Below, one piece after another: positions 1 through 12,908 of a DNA stretch of 64,000 nt. Position 1 is the first letter of the stretch; each line of letters opens with the position of its first letter. Position numbers and translations under genes: made by a program. Source of the stretch: the human T2T-CHM13v2.0 reference genome, Homo sapiens; NCBI RefSeq assembly GCF_009914755.1, contig NC_060925.1. The stretch is one strand, 5' to 3'. Under the pieces are notes generated by a model, which was not told the origin of the DNA, did no database searches, and was given only the letters and a program-made list of their open reading frames with translations.

Positions 1-255
1 TACCAGTCATCATGTGACTAGCAAACATTCAATTTCTGTGGAAGTCACTGAGATGAAATAGGTTTCTAAATCCACACCATCATTCATTAAAGTGTCATTT
101 CTCCTTGGAAATTTCCAGTTCAAGGGAAAATGATGCATGGTCATAGGGTAGAGAAAGCAAAATCAGATACCAGTTGCCCCTCCAAGGAGTCCTGTAAATG
201 ACTTTCCTGTGTTTGGCTTATCAATAAGATTTCAAGTTCATGAGACAACAACAGT

Positions 256-289
256 TTTTTGTTTGTTTGTTTGTTTGTTTGTTTGTTTG
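256..289. repeat. (TTTG)n microsatellite
   Basis: Direct run of gtttgtttgttt. Confidence 0.9.
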
Positions 290-1274
290 GTAGGGGGTGA
301 GACCCCTCTTGAATATTAACAGAACAATAAATCCTACAACTCACACAGAGCACATGATTTATCTTTGATCATAACCAAGAAATCACAAACACAGAGATTT
401 ATTTGCCTCATGTTATGACCCTTTGATCAGAGTCTTAGATTGGATGGACAGAGACGGCCAGGCCCCATGCTCCACACAAGGAACAGAGTCAAACTGGATG
501 TGGCTCTTCAGCCATGAGGACCTGCCATGCCTCTAAGTGGTATCTGCTATCTCATGTATTATTGTCCTGGGCTTTATGGTCCTCTCCTCACCCATTCTTT
601 TCTTTTAATAATGCCAAAGAATGGGGCTTAGAGACACAAGATCAGAGGCTGCTCATTTAAAGATGACTGAAGAGGGGAGAGGGATTCTATACCAGGAGCA
701 ATGTATAAATTCCATGTTATTAAGATGATGCCATTTCTGGGATAGAATTTTAAGTCTCCGAAAGGGATTAGAAAAAGATAAAAGTTAGGGGAAAACATGA
801 AGGAATAAATAACTCCTTTGAACACATATAATTAAAACTAAATTAATAATTTTGCCCCTATTATGTGCTGGGCACTGATTCAGGAACTGTAGAGACAGTA
901 ACACATTTATGATGAGTAATACACCCTCAGAGAAACTTGTCTTGTTGGGTAGAGAGACTTACAAACAATAGATAATATCCAACAATAATGGCTTTAAATA
1001 GCATTTTGAGATATGCTAATAGAGGATTTAAATAGCATTTCTAGACAACAGTAGCTATGCTATTAAAGGGCACCTATGATTAATTACTGAACAAATTTTA
1101 CAGACAATAATTGCTAAAAGAATTCAGAGAAAGGAGAGATCCCTTTAGGCTGTGGCTGGCAAGGACATTGGTATGGAAAAAAAATATGCTTCAACTGACT
1201 TTTGTCAGGATAGGAAGTGATTTGGTAAGTAGAGTGATGTACTGTGTCTCTTGATTATCAAAGTAAATTGAAAG

Positions 1275-1410
1275 AAATGCCTACCTAGTGCCTACTACAG
1301 ATGTAGTTCGATGCTATACACTTTTATCACAATAATCTCGTGAAATAAAGATTATTATTATTCTGAATTTATTAAAGAGAAAACTGAGGCTCACAGAGGT
1401 GAATAACTTT
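1275..1410 (-). mobile_element. MIR SINE fragment
   Basis: gaaaactgaggctcacagaggtgaataactt is the reverse complement of the MIR core. Confidence 0.75.
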
Positions 1411-1509
1411 AAAAAAAAAGAAAAAAATAGCTATCATATAGCTATCAGAAAAAATATGTGGAGTTTCACATTCAGCCATAATATAGTAATATAACTCATG
1501 TTTACCTTT

Positions 1510-4275
1510 CCAGATTAAAAAGGAGAAAGCCAGACAAAATATATGAAACAGCAATTTTTATTCATTGGACAATAGACAATGCAGGACTGTGATCCCTAAG
1601 GAATAAAGAACAAATGATAGAAGCCCTATGTTGTCCCAGTTTACTACCTGGAGTTTCTAGGCCATAGGATAGAGTGGGAGAACCCCAAAAGAGCCTGTTG
1701 TTCTTGCTTAATTGAAGAAATAGAGATTGATGTACAGGGAAGCTAAGGTAGCTAGAATTCTTGGAACAGAGTTGAGAGAAGAAGGAATTTCATAGAGAAA
1801 ACTCTGGAAATTTTCAGAGAGTCCCTTTGAGTCATTGATTGAGTAGCAATCTATGGACAAATAAAAATAATGTAATTGTGTACAGGCAAAAAGAGCTCTG
1901 GAAAATAGTATGCTGAGGAATTCTTAGAGCTCATAGACAACTGGGAATCATTTATATTTCTTAGAGCCAGAACGGAAAGACCTTGTAAAACATGGGTCAT
2001 TTGGCAGAGTGCTCACAAAGGTATTGCCTTGTTAGTGGGAATAAATTAGCTCTAAACTGAAGATTGCCCTTGGTTTGCCCTAACGAGCATAAAAGCAAGA
2101 CTCAAAGGATCAAACTAATAATAAGTAACTTAACTGCCTTATAGGACAAAGTCTAAAACTGTTTGAAGGAATGACAACAATAGCAAAAAATCCAGCACGA
2201 GCAACATAAAATTTAAAATGTCTGGCATTCAAACAAGAATTACCAGGCATGCATATAAGCAGGAAAATATACTCATACAAAGAGTTGGTTAATAAAGAGA
2301 AACAGACTCAAAAGTGAGAGAGAGAATGAAATTAGCACAAAAGATATTAAAACGGCTATTATAAATATATCTAGAGAGGTAACACAAAATATGAACATAA
2401 GAAGAAAATGAAAATGTATAAAAGTGATGCAAATAAAATCTTAGGGAATAAAAAATACCATATTGAAATTAAAAATACACTAGATATAATGGATAATCAT
2501 CACAGTATTGCAGAAGAAAAGATAAGGTAAATGCATAGCAAAAGAAACTGTCCTAAATCAAGGCCAGAAACTTAAAAAAAATGAACAGACCCTAATTACT
2601 GTGTAGTGATATCAAGCATTCTATAACAGATGCAGTTGGTATCTTAGAAGTAGATGGGAAGAGATGAGGAAAAGAACTAACTGTGAATATATAATGGCCA
2701 AAAAATTCTACAGATTTGGTGAGAACTATAAATATATGCATCCAAAACCTCAACAAGCCATAAACAGCATAAATTTTAAAAATTCACATGAAACAAGTGG
2801 TTAAAAATCCAGGATGAAGAGAAAAATAAAATACTAATTTACACGTTAAAATAATATTCATAGAAGTCAGATAAAAATATACATATGCACAAAGTGGTAC
2901 AGAATAACAGTGAGAGGAATTCTGAAATTATGCAAGCCAAGAGACAATGAGTTCAAATTTAAAAAATTGTAAGATTTAAAAAATCTAGAATTCTTTGCTG
3001 AACAAAATTATCTCTCAATAAAGAAAGCAAAATAAAGATGTTACAAAATAAAGATGTTATAATAAAAAAGATGAGGGAATCCATCATCAACAAATATGCA
3101 CCTTAAGAAATGTTAAAGAAATTCTTCAGGCAGAAGGAAAATAATACAGGCTGGAATTCATATCTATACACAAAAATAAATAGCACTGGATGTGGTAAAT
3201 ATGTGAGTAAATATGGAAGAAATATTCTACTTATCTTAATCACTTTAAAAGATAACTACATTTTTAAAGCAAAAATTATAATAAATTTGGAGTTTCATAA
3301 CTTGTGTCAAAGTAAAATCTATTAAAATGATGGATGAGAAGAAGGTAAATTAGAATATAATGGCCTTAGACTACATGTAAAATGGTGTTATATAATTCAA
3401 AGGTAGACTACAATAAGTTCAAGATGTATATTGTAAACCTGAGGACAGCCACACTCAAAAATAAAATGAAAGATATAACTAGCTAGTCAAAACTGGAGAA
3501 AAAATTTATAAAATATATTCAATCCTTCTAAAACAGATAGGAACAGAAGAAAAGAGGAACAAATAAAAGATTAGAAAAATAAAAAACAAATAGCAAAATG
3601 GAGGGTCTAAACCAATTTTATTGACAACTACATCAAATGTAAGTGACCTAAACACTTCAATTATAAAGAAAATGTCAGATTGGGTTTAAAAAATAACATC
3701 TAGGTAAATGTTGTCTATTTGAAACAAAATGTAAATATATAAAGACACAAACAGATGAACAGTAAAAGGATGAAAAATTAGTGTAAACACTAACCAAAGA
3801 AAACTAGAGTTGATATATTAATATCAGACAAGTAGACTTCATAACAAGGAATGTTGCCAGAAATAAAGAGGGGCATTTCATGTTAATAAATGGACAATAT
3901 TCTCTGGGTAATTGATAGAACAAGCAGAATATGAATATATATGCATATGTATGATATAGAAGACTTGAACAACACTGTCAATTAACCTGACCTGATTGAC
4001 ATTTGTAGACACTACACTCAACTACAGGAGAATGTATATTATTTTCAAATGCATATAGAAGGTTTACCAAGATAGGTCAGAGTTCTGGGTAATGACAGTC
4101 TTTCAGAATTTTAAGGGATTTAAACCATACAAAGCATGTTCTCTGACAAGAAAATTAAAATAAAATAAAAATTTGAAAGACATCTGAAAAATTCACAAAT
4201 TTTGAAAATTAAACACCCAATTTAAAATAATACATATGCAAAGGAAGGAAACACAAAGAAAATTAGAATGTATTT
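1510..4275 (+). mobile_element. Ancient L1 (L1ME-like) 5' region, decayed ORF1 and start of ORF2 endonuclease
   Basis: A-rich plus strand. ORF1 C-terminal-like ctagaattc...aaattatctctc...aaataaag near 2985-3040. ORF2 start-like acatcaaatgtaagtgacctaaacacttcaattataaag (TLNVNGLN-PIK) near 3630-3670. Many stops and frameshifts. Confidence 0.8.
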
Positions 4276-4279
4276 AAAA

Positions 4280-4309
4280 AATTGTTTAGCATCTTACTGG
4301 GGTTAATTG

Positions 4310-4341
<32 letters not shown>

Positions 4342-4468
4342 CCTCTACATACTCAAAATGTACTAATGGATGAATTTGTTATATATAGACACTTGTGAAA
4401 CCATCATCATAATTAATAAGTCGAATATTTCCACTATTCCCCAAAGTTTCTACATGCCCCTTTGTAAT
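4280..4468 (-). mobile_element. L1M (MB/MC-like) 3' end fragment containing a (CA)n tract
   Basis: gtgaaaccatcatcataatt...ccccaaagtttc...cccctttgtaat resembles a reverse-complemented L1M 3' UTR. (CA)n at 4311-4338. Confidence 0.65.
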
Positions 4469-4475
4469 ATCATTG

Positions 4476-4645
4476 CAAAAACAAAACAATTATCCAATTT
4501 CTTATGAAGTTTAACATACATAAACTTACCTTATCACCCAACAAACACTCCTAAGTGTTTTCTCAAATGAAATGAAAGATATATCTATACAGAGACTTCC
4601 ATTTCAGGTGTTCACAGAAGCTACATTTATAATTACCCAAATTTC
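4476..4645 (+). mobile_element. L1M ORF2 C-terminal fragment
   Basis: aaacttaccttatcacccaacaaacactcctaag...gaaatgaaag resembles the LPYDPAIPLLG region. Confidence 0.6.
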
Positions 4646-5032
4646 TATTTAGCTTAGAAGCTACTTGTTAATTACAGAAATATTTGCCATCTGGAATCAA
4701 CTGGGAATTTTTAAAACCAAAAATTCCTGGCTCCTTTATGTTTATTTCCTTTTAACCTTATTTTTTATTTCTTGCATTGCACAATAGGCAAGTAGGATAA
4801 AAATACAAATGTATTTACACCAGACACATCACATTCAAAATATTGAAAGAGAAAAATAAAGATAAAACCTTGAAAGCAGAAAGAGAAAAATAACCCAAAT
4901 AAGATTAACAGCTGACTTATCATTAGAAAAATGGAGGCCAGAAACAATAGGATGACATATTCAAAGTGCTGAAAGAAAGGGGAAAAAGTCAAAAAACTTA
5001 TATCCAGAAAAAAATATTATATAAAAAGGTGA

Positions 5033-5992
5033 CCTCATTAAAGAAAATACACAGATGGCAAATAAGCATAGAAAAAGATACTCAACATCCTATATTATTA
5101 GGGAATTTCACATTAAAACAACAATGAGATACTACTACACGCCTATTAGAGTGGCCAAAATCCAAAATACAACACAAAATCCTGGCAAGGATGTGGAGCA
5201 CCAGAAACTCTGATTTATTACTGGTGGAAATACCAAATGATACAGCCATGTTGGAAGAGTGATGGTTTCTTACAAAAGTAAACATACTCTCACCATATGA
5301 TCCAGCAATTGCACTGCTTGGTATTTACCCAAATGTGTTGAAAATTTACACCCACACAAAAACCTGCATACAAATGTTTATAGCAGCTTTATTTATATTT
5401 GTCAAAAGTTAGAAAGAAATAAGATGTCCTCCAGTAGGGTGATTGACATACAAACTATGGTACATCCATACAATGAAATATTATTTAGCAATAAAAATAA
5501 ACTATTAAGCCATAAACAGACATGGAGGAGGCTTAAATGCATATTGCTAGGTGAAACAAGCTAATCGGAACAGACTGCATACTGCATGATTCCAACATTA
5601 TGATATTCTGAAAAAGGCAAAAGTATGGAGGCAGTAAAAATATCAGTGGTAGCCAGAGGTTTGAGAGGAGAGAGAAAGAGAATACTCAGCAAAAGAGATT
5701 TCTAGGACAGTGAAACTATTATTCTGTATGTTAATGTAATAGTGAATACATGTTACACGTTTGTCAAAACCCACAGAATGTACAACACAGAGTAAATGCT
5801 AGTGTAAACCATGAACTGAAGTTAATAATAACGTACCAAAATTGGTTCGTCAAGTATAATAACGTACCACACTAATAGGAGAAGCTAAAAACAGGAGAAA
5901 TTGGTGGAGGTGAGTAGCATATGAAGACTTAATACTTCTCACTCAATTTTTTTTTTTGAAAACTGAAACTGCTTAGAAAATAAGTCTATTTA
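5033..5992 (+). mobile_element. L1MC1/2-like 5'-truncated element inserted into ORF1 of the L1MB
   Basis: ORF2 end followed by a 3' UTR with tttgtcaaaacccacagaatgtacaac and terminal aaataagtctatt. Decayed TSD aaggtga at 5026-5032 and 6126-6132. Confidence 0.8.
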
Positions 5993-6109
5993 TTTGTTTT
6001 GTTTTGTTTTATTATTATGCTTTTAAGTTTTAGGGTACATGTGCACAACGTGCAGGTTAGTTACATATGTATACATGTGCCATGCTGGTGTGCTGCACCC
6101 ACTAACTCG
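5993..6109 (-). mobile_element. Very short L1PA (PA2/PA3-like) 3' end
   Basis: aagttttagggtacatgtgcacaacgtgcaggttagttacatatgtatacatgtgccatgctggtg closely matches a young L1PA 3' terminus. Confidence 0.9.
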
Positions 6110-8737
6110 ATAGTTTTTTTAAATGAAGGTGAAATAAAAACATTCCCTGATAAACAAAAACTGGAATAATTCATTGCTAACAGATCCACCTTACAAGACA
6201 TACTAAAGAAAATTTTTGAACTGAAAGCAAGTAACACCAGACAGGAATGTGAATTCACACACAAAAAAATCAGAGATCCAGTAAAGGTAAATATGTAGGT
6301 GATAATAAAAGACAGTACAATTACATATTTCTTATTTTACCTTATTTTAAAAACAAATACATAAAACAATATGTGTATTACTGTTGGACTCAAAACATAG
6401 AAATTGAATAGGTTTGGCAATAACAGCACAAGGAAGGCATATGGGAGCAAAGCTAAATTTGAGAAAGGAAATGACACCAAATTGTAACTCAAATATTCAG
6501 GAAGAAATAAAGAGAGCCAGCAATGTAAAATGAGAAGATTATATAGCCAATTCTTTAACATGTTCATTTTTCTTCACTCAGCTTAAGATATAAAAGATAT
6601 AAAATTACCTAAAGTAATAATTATAACAATGTATTGTTGGGTTTGTAACATATATAGATGTGATATGTAGAACAATAACACCATGAAAAATGATGAAAAG
6701 GGAATAGGGTAATAAAGAAGTAATATTTTTATATTCAATGGAATTAGATTCCTTAGTAGATTCTTATAAATTAAGATATATATGATAAACCCTAGAGTGA
6801 CCCCCTAAGAAAATAACTAAAAGATGCAATTCAAAAATTATTGAAGAAATTGAGATGTTACATTTAAAAATATTTAACCAAAGAAAGTAAAGAACATACA
6901 ATAAAAAAACAAAACCACAAAGTTTATAGAAAACAGAAACAGCCAACTAGTAGACCAAATCTGTTTCAGTAATGTAATGCACCATACTAATAAAGAAAAG
7001 AGCAAAAACCACATATTCAACTCAATAAATGCAGAATTGTTTTTGTTTTCTTTTTTTACTAAATCCAAAATCTTTTCATGATAAAAAAAAGACACCAGGA
7101 ATAAATGGAAGCTTCTTTAACCTGAGAAACGGCAGCTGTAAAAAACTAACAGCTAATATCATGCTATTATGATCATTTGCAGATGATATGATTCCATATA
7201 CTAAGAAATCTTAAAGAAGCCACTAGTTAATAAACTAGCTCAGGAAGTTTGCAAATACAGTATCAACATACAAAAGTATGTTGTACTTCTTTACCCTAGT
7301 AGTGAATAATCTGCAATTATAATTTGTAAAACAATTTCATTTACAATCACTCAAAATAATGAATTAGGAATACATTTAACAGAAGGAGTTAATAAACAAT
7401 GTTTTCTAAATTTAAGAAAGGATGTGCAAAACTTATACTCAAACTACAAAACACTCCTAAAAGAATCAGAAATTTTTAGAAACTTTAGAAAATTATAATG
7501 TTTTAAATTAAATTATCAGTTAAATCCTAAAATTAAAGAAAATATAAATAAGTGGAAAAACATCTCATAGTCATGGATCATAAGTCTTAATTTGTTAAGA
7601 TGGTGATATTTTCAAATAAATCCACATATTTAACTCAATTCCTATTAAAATCTCAGCTACCTTTTTTTCAGATATCAAATATGAATATGAATCCTGAATA
7701 GCCAAGACAACCTAGGTAAAGAAGAACAAAGTTGGAGAAGTCACACTTTCAAATTTGAAGATGTATTCCAAAGCTATAGTAATCAAAGCAGTTTGATATT
7801 AGCATATGAAGACACATAGGTTAACATAATAGAATTGTAAGTTCAAAAATAAACCCTTACTTTATGGCCAATTTATTTTCAACAAGAATGCCAAAAAAAT
7901 TCAATGAGGAAAGAATGATCTTTTTCAACAAATGTTCCTAGAATCACTGGATATCCAAAATCAAATATCATGTGCCAAAAATTAAGCCAAAATAGATCAC
8001 AGACCTAAATATCAGAGCTAAAATTATGAGATTTAGAAGAAAAAATAGGTATAAATCTTTGTTAGTTTCACTTAAAGATTTCTTAGATATGGCATACAAA
8101 TACAAGTGATAAAAGAAAGAATAGATAATTTGGACTTGATATAAATTAAGAACTTTGTCTTATGAAAAATACCATCAAGGAAGTAAAAAAACAACCCACA
8201 GTTGGGAGAAAACACTTACAAACCATATATCTGATAAGAGGCTCATAAGCAGAATATATAAAAAATTCTTACAACTCAATAATAAAGAGATAAGCAACCC
8301 AATTAAAAACAGGCAGCAGACCCGAACAGACATTTCTCAGAAGAATGTATATAAAAAGCATAAGAAAAGATACCCAGCCTCATTAGTTATTAGTGGAATG
8401 CAAATCAAAGCCCAATAAGATACCACTTTTCACCTGCTAGGAATTATATAATCCAAAAAAAAAAAAAATCGAAGCATAATGAAACAAACAAAAAAACCCA
8501 CCAGACAATAATGTTGTTTGTGTTGTTGAGGAATTGAAAAAATTAGTATCCTCACACATTGATGGTGGGAATGTAAAATGATGCAACTACTTTGAAAAAC
8601 ATTTCAGCAGTTCCTCAAAAAATTAAACATCATCGTATGTCCCAGAAAATCTACTCCTAGATATATACTCAAGAGAAATGAAAAAAACATTCATTTACAC
8701 AAAAGCTCATACACAAATGTTTATAGCAGCATTATTA

Positions 8738-9408
8738 TTAATATTTTTTAATTATTATTATACTTTAAGTTTTAGGGTACATGTGCACAATGTGCAGGTT
8801 TGTTACATATGTATACATGTGCCATGTTGGTGTGCTGCACCCATTAACTCGTCATTTAGCATTAGGTATATCTCCTAATGCTATCCCTCCCCCCTCCCCC
8901 CACCCCACAACAGTCCCCAGAGTGTGATGTTCCCCTTCCTGTGTCCATGTGTTCTCATTGTTCAATTCCCATCTATGAGTGAGAACATGCAGTGTTTGGT
9001 TTTTTATCCTTGCGATAGTTTGCTGAGAATGATGGTTTCCAGTGTCATCCATGTCCCTACAAAGGACATGAACTCTTCATTTTTTATGGCTGCATAGTAT
9101 TCCATGGTGTATATGTGCCACATTTTCTTAATCCAGTCTATCGTTGTTGGACATTTGGGTTGGTTCCAAGTCTTTGCTATTGTGAATAGTGCCACAATAA
9201 ACATACATGTGCATGTTTCTTTATAGCAGCATGATTTATAATCCTTTGGGTATATACCCAGTAATGGGATGGCTGGGTCAAATGGTATTTCTAGTTCTAG
9301 ATCCCTGAGGAATCGCCACACTGACTTCCACAATGGTGGAACTAGTTTACAGTCCCACCAACAGTGTAAAAGTGTTACTATTTCTCCATATCCTCTCCAG
9401 CACCTGTT
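8738..9408 (-). mobile_element. L1PA3/PA4-like 5'-truncated LINE-1 (ORF2 C-terminus plus 3' UTR)
   Basis: ORF 9004-9333 reads [24 protein letters not shown]...ILSKLSQ (ORF2p C-terminus). G-rich tract and poly(A) tail are present. The host L1MB resumes at about 9409. Confidence 0.95.
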
Positions 9409-10329
9409 TTATTTAAATAACCTCAAGTGGAAACAACCCAAATGTCCATCAACTAATAAATGAATAAATAAAATGTGGTATATTCATCTAATAAAACCTT
9501 ATTATGCCATAACAAGGAATGAATTACTGACACATGCTACAACATGGATGAACTTTGTATACCTATTCTAAGTAAATGAAACTATTTTCAAAAGACCACA
9601 TATTGTGGTATTCCATTTATATGAAATGCCCAGAGTCAGCAAATCCACAGAGACATAATGATGTCTGTTGTCTGGGGCCTAGGGGAGAGGGCAAGTGGAG
9701 AAGGACTGCTAATGTGTATGAGGTGTCTTTTTCAAGTAGTGAAAATACTCTATGATTAGATTATGGCAATGGTTGCACAACTCTGCGAATATACTAAAAA
9801 CCTTGAATTGTAAACATTACATAGGTGAATTGCATAATATGTAAGTTATATCTTAACAAAGCTGTTCAAAAAGAGTTCTTTGCTCCAGATAAGAGTGGGA
9901 GTGAAACTGTTTGCACTGAGTTCATTCCTTTGGGCTTTTGAATTCATTTCATGTATTCGCTAGTAAAAATAAAGTCATTAGAAATAAATAATCTAGTGTT
10001 ATGTGACTGGCACTAGAGTATGCACTTGAGCCCACATCTGTGTGAATAGTTAGGAGATAATTAGGGGGGGTTTTCCTGATATGTATCCTTTGATGATTCT
10101 CTGTCTTTAAAAATTAAAGGGGAATCTTTGGTTTATAGAGTGGCATCAACTTGAATGGTGCTAAGAAAGCAATTCCCTGTGTTGGTTCCTTAGCAGATTA
10201 CAAAAACTAGAGATGTTTCCCTTTTAACTGCAGTAAATCCTCTAAAAGAAAATTTTGTAACTAGCTTATCAGTCCTACATATGATATCCTACATAGACAT
10301 ATTTAATTATTCAAAGATGCTGTAAGTGC

Positions 10330-10560
10330 CAAAGAACCCTGAACTGGAAAGTAAGGTGCTAGGAGCTAGAGTTTTCCCATCAAGTAATTTGTTCTGTGCC
10401 TTCAGTAATTCTTCCAACCTTTTGATCCATAGCATCCTCATCTATATAGTATTTTTCTTTTCAATCTTACAGAGCTTTTGAGTATTAACCCAAGTCAGAT
10501 AATAGCTATGAAAATAAGTTACAATGTAGAAAGCTTACACATGTCAGGTAATATTATTGT
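10330..10560 (+). mobile_element. MIR-family fragment, highly diverged
   Basis: catcctcatctata...cttacagagcttttgagtattaa has MIR-like layout. Confidence 0.5.
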
Positions 10561-11069
10561 TATTTATTATAATATGAAATTAATAAAATTAAAATAATAA
10601 TGAGCATAACAAGGTGGAGGTTTATGCAATCCATATTTGTTAATGGCTTTTGACCTTTAAAGTTGACCTTGCATATTCATAGTCTAAAGTTGACACTGTA
10701 TATTCATAATCTATAGGGGGATATATATATATTCCAGTTTTCAAATTGCCAATGCAGAGAATTCTGGGTTTTTTAAGAGAAGATTTTATAAGAAAAATGG
10801 CATTATATGTTTTGCCACCAACTTGGTGAGTTGTTTTAAGATATTATAATATTAGAACTCATGGGAAGAAGAAAAATGATAACTCTAACTCAGGCTATTC
10901 ACTCAGCATAGGTACTTACTTCTGAGGTGTGTGCAGAGTACAAAGCAAGTTTAGACTTTATGATGAAGAGTAGGTTTTGTTTATATACTTTATTTTAATT
11001 CTTTATATTAACTTTTTGTGTTTCCTTAAGTGATGAAGATTTTCTCACATCACTTACGGTGTACTTAAT

Positions 11070-11300
11070 CCACCCTTCTACTGGCAAACTCCTATATATT
11101 CCTCAAGACCCTGCTTAAGGCAGAGTGGGTGGCATTCTTGAGATAGCTTCCTGATAAAATTGAAGATAATTGTCTCCTCCCTTTGGCCACCATAAGAGTA
11201 CATTCCTCTGTTAATGTACATACTGCGCAATATGTTAATTGTTTATTTTCCTATATTTCTTTCTTAGTAGACTATAAGCTCATATGCACATGAGTAGAGA
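11070..11300 (+). mobile_element. L2 fragment
   Basis: aactcctatatattcctcaagaccc...tagactataagctc are L2 3' motifs. Confidence 0.6.
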
Positions 11301-12058
11301 TCAGAACTATCCAGCTTAAGTCATATAATTTTTATGATTAGTGTAAACTGACCATTTTTCAGCAACTTAGTCATATGGAAAATGACTGAAAAAATTAATA
11401 AAATATATAAACCAAGCTTTTGTACATGGTAATCTGGAAAGAATAGTGATTCAAAACACACAGGATACATAGCTATCCAGATTCAGGGCCTCTGGAGGGG
11501 CAGGGAAAGCTTAGATATTTGTTCAGTAGCAGATGTCCCAAGCAGATCTTGTTATGAAACAATAAAGCAAGAGCCTTTGCCTTATGGGAGGGACCATCCA
11601 TAAATAATTCTACCTCCATACTGAAGGAATTTGGCCACACCAAGGTGATGTAGCTCATCCTGGTCATCTGGCTGTTACCCTTCACTATCCTAGATTTTAT
11701 CTCTTTCTTCACACCTGCATTGACTGTGCTCTCCTCTCAGGCTCTTATAGCAATATGGCCACAGTTAGGTTTTAAGTGTGATTTTTCCACGGCCCCTCTT
11801 CATTTTGATCTCATCTGCTTCTCTTTTCTAAACCTATTTATGTCGCTAAAGGAGATTTTTCTACTTAGGTCTGTTGGCAAGCATCCAGACTTCCTTTGTC
11901 ATCTCTCTACCTTTGGTCTCTCCTCCTCATCCATCTAAAGCAGACACTGGGACATTTTGAGTGTTTCCCCTCTATCTTCTTCTTTTCTTTTTTAGTATGG
12001 CTCAACATGGGCAGCCCTTAATTTTTTACTTTCAACATTCACTTCTTATACCCACCAG

Positions 12059-12234
12059 AAGGGGAGACTACATATTTTGTGAAGCCAAGTACAAAATAAA
12101 AATGCAGGATACTTTATTCAAAATTATTAACAACTCTAAGACAATAACAGCAGAACATTAAGACAAAGTAGAACCCTTCTAAGTACAGGGCCCTGTGCAA
12201 CCACACAGGTCTCAGGTCCAGGATTCCTGCCTCG
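12059..12234 (-). mobile_element. MER45A (hAT-Tip100) DNA transposon
   Basis: actacatattttgtg...aaaatgcagg...ttcaaaattattaa...cagcagaacattaa...cccttctaagtacagggccctgtgc follows the reverse-complemented MER45A consensus. Confidence 0.8.
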
Positions 12235-12379
12235 CTCAGTAGACTGGAAGCCACATGGAGACAGGGGCTGCACCTTTCTTGCACATTGATGTATCCTAGC
12301 AGCAAGCTTAGTGTCTTAATTAGCACAGAGATTATGTAAAAGGATAAAATAATATCTAGAACTTTGTGGTCCACACAGC

Positions 12380-12580
12380 ATTTGCCCACACATCATCTCA
12401 TTTCCAAACTTAGTCCTTTTAATTAAGGTAGGAATGGCAATCACTAATTTCCTCATATTATATATAAGCAAACTAAGGTTTACAGTTGCTGGGTGGTGTT
12501 GTTTGGGTCATTCTACAATTAACAGATAGCACAGAGAATCGATGTCACCCCTTCTAATTCCATTCTCTAAACCACCTTAA
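12380..12580 (-). mobile_element. MIR fragment
   Basis: gcaaactaaggtttacag and flanking MIR-like layout. Confidence 0.5.
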
Positions 12581-12860
12581 CTCTCACCTGGGGGATAGGA
12601 GGTGAGTGAAGGCATGGAGGTGCAATCGTTTCATAATCCCTGCTGTCCCAGAATTCTGAAAGTACAGTGGGATGAGATAAGTAGTTTCTGCTTTTTTAAA
12701 AATTTTCTTGGCAATAATACTAATACTACTAGTAATAATGCTTTAAATATATTTAAAACTCTGCATTTTATAAAGGTCATTGCACATCCAGTTATCATCA
12801 TGACTGAAACTAAGAAAGAGGCACCGAAGAAATGTTACTGATGTGGAAGATGATACTTAC

Positions 12861-12908
12861 CTGGATTAACTGACTAATAACAGTCGCTACATCATTTCAA
12901 ACAAATAA
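12861..12908 (-). other. Candidate 48-nt non-coding exon
   Basis: Minus strand reads ttctgatatttttggttttcAG|...TCCAG|GTAAGTAT, a consensus donor. All three frames contain stops. There is no transcript evidence. Confidence 0.35.

Larger units (their letters stand above)
4815..9872 (+). mobile_element. L1MB-like element (MB7/8-like 3' end), internally deleted and interrupted by three younger insertions
   Basis: ORF1 motifs (TPRHI, IRLTADLS at 4815-4930; EGEIKTFPDKQKL at about 6125-6165). RT motif tttgcagatgat (FADD) at 7176-7187. The ORF at 8155-8418 is ORF2-like. 3' UTR ends aacaaagctgtt. Confidence 0.85.

Noticed and set aside
12853-12864. ATACTTACCTGG matches the 5' end of U1 snRNA
   Set aside because: The match stops after 12 nt and the rest of U1 is absent. 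It is better read as a minus-strand splice donor.
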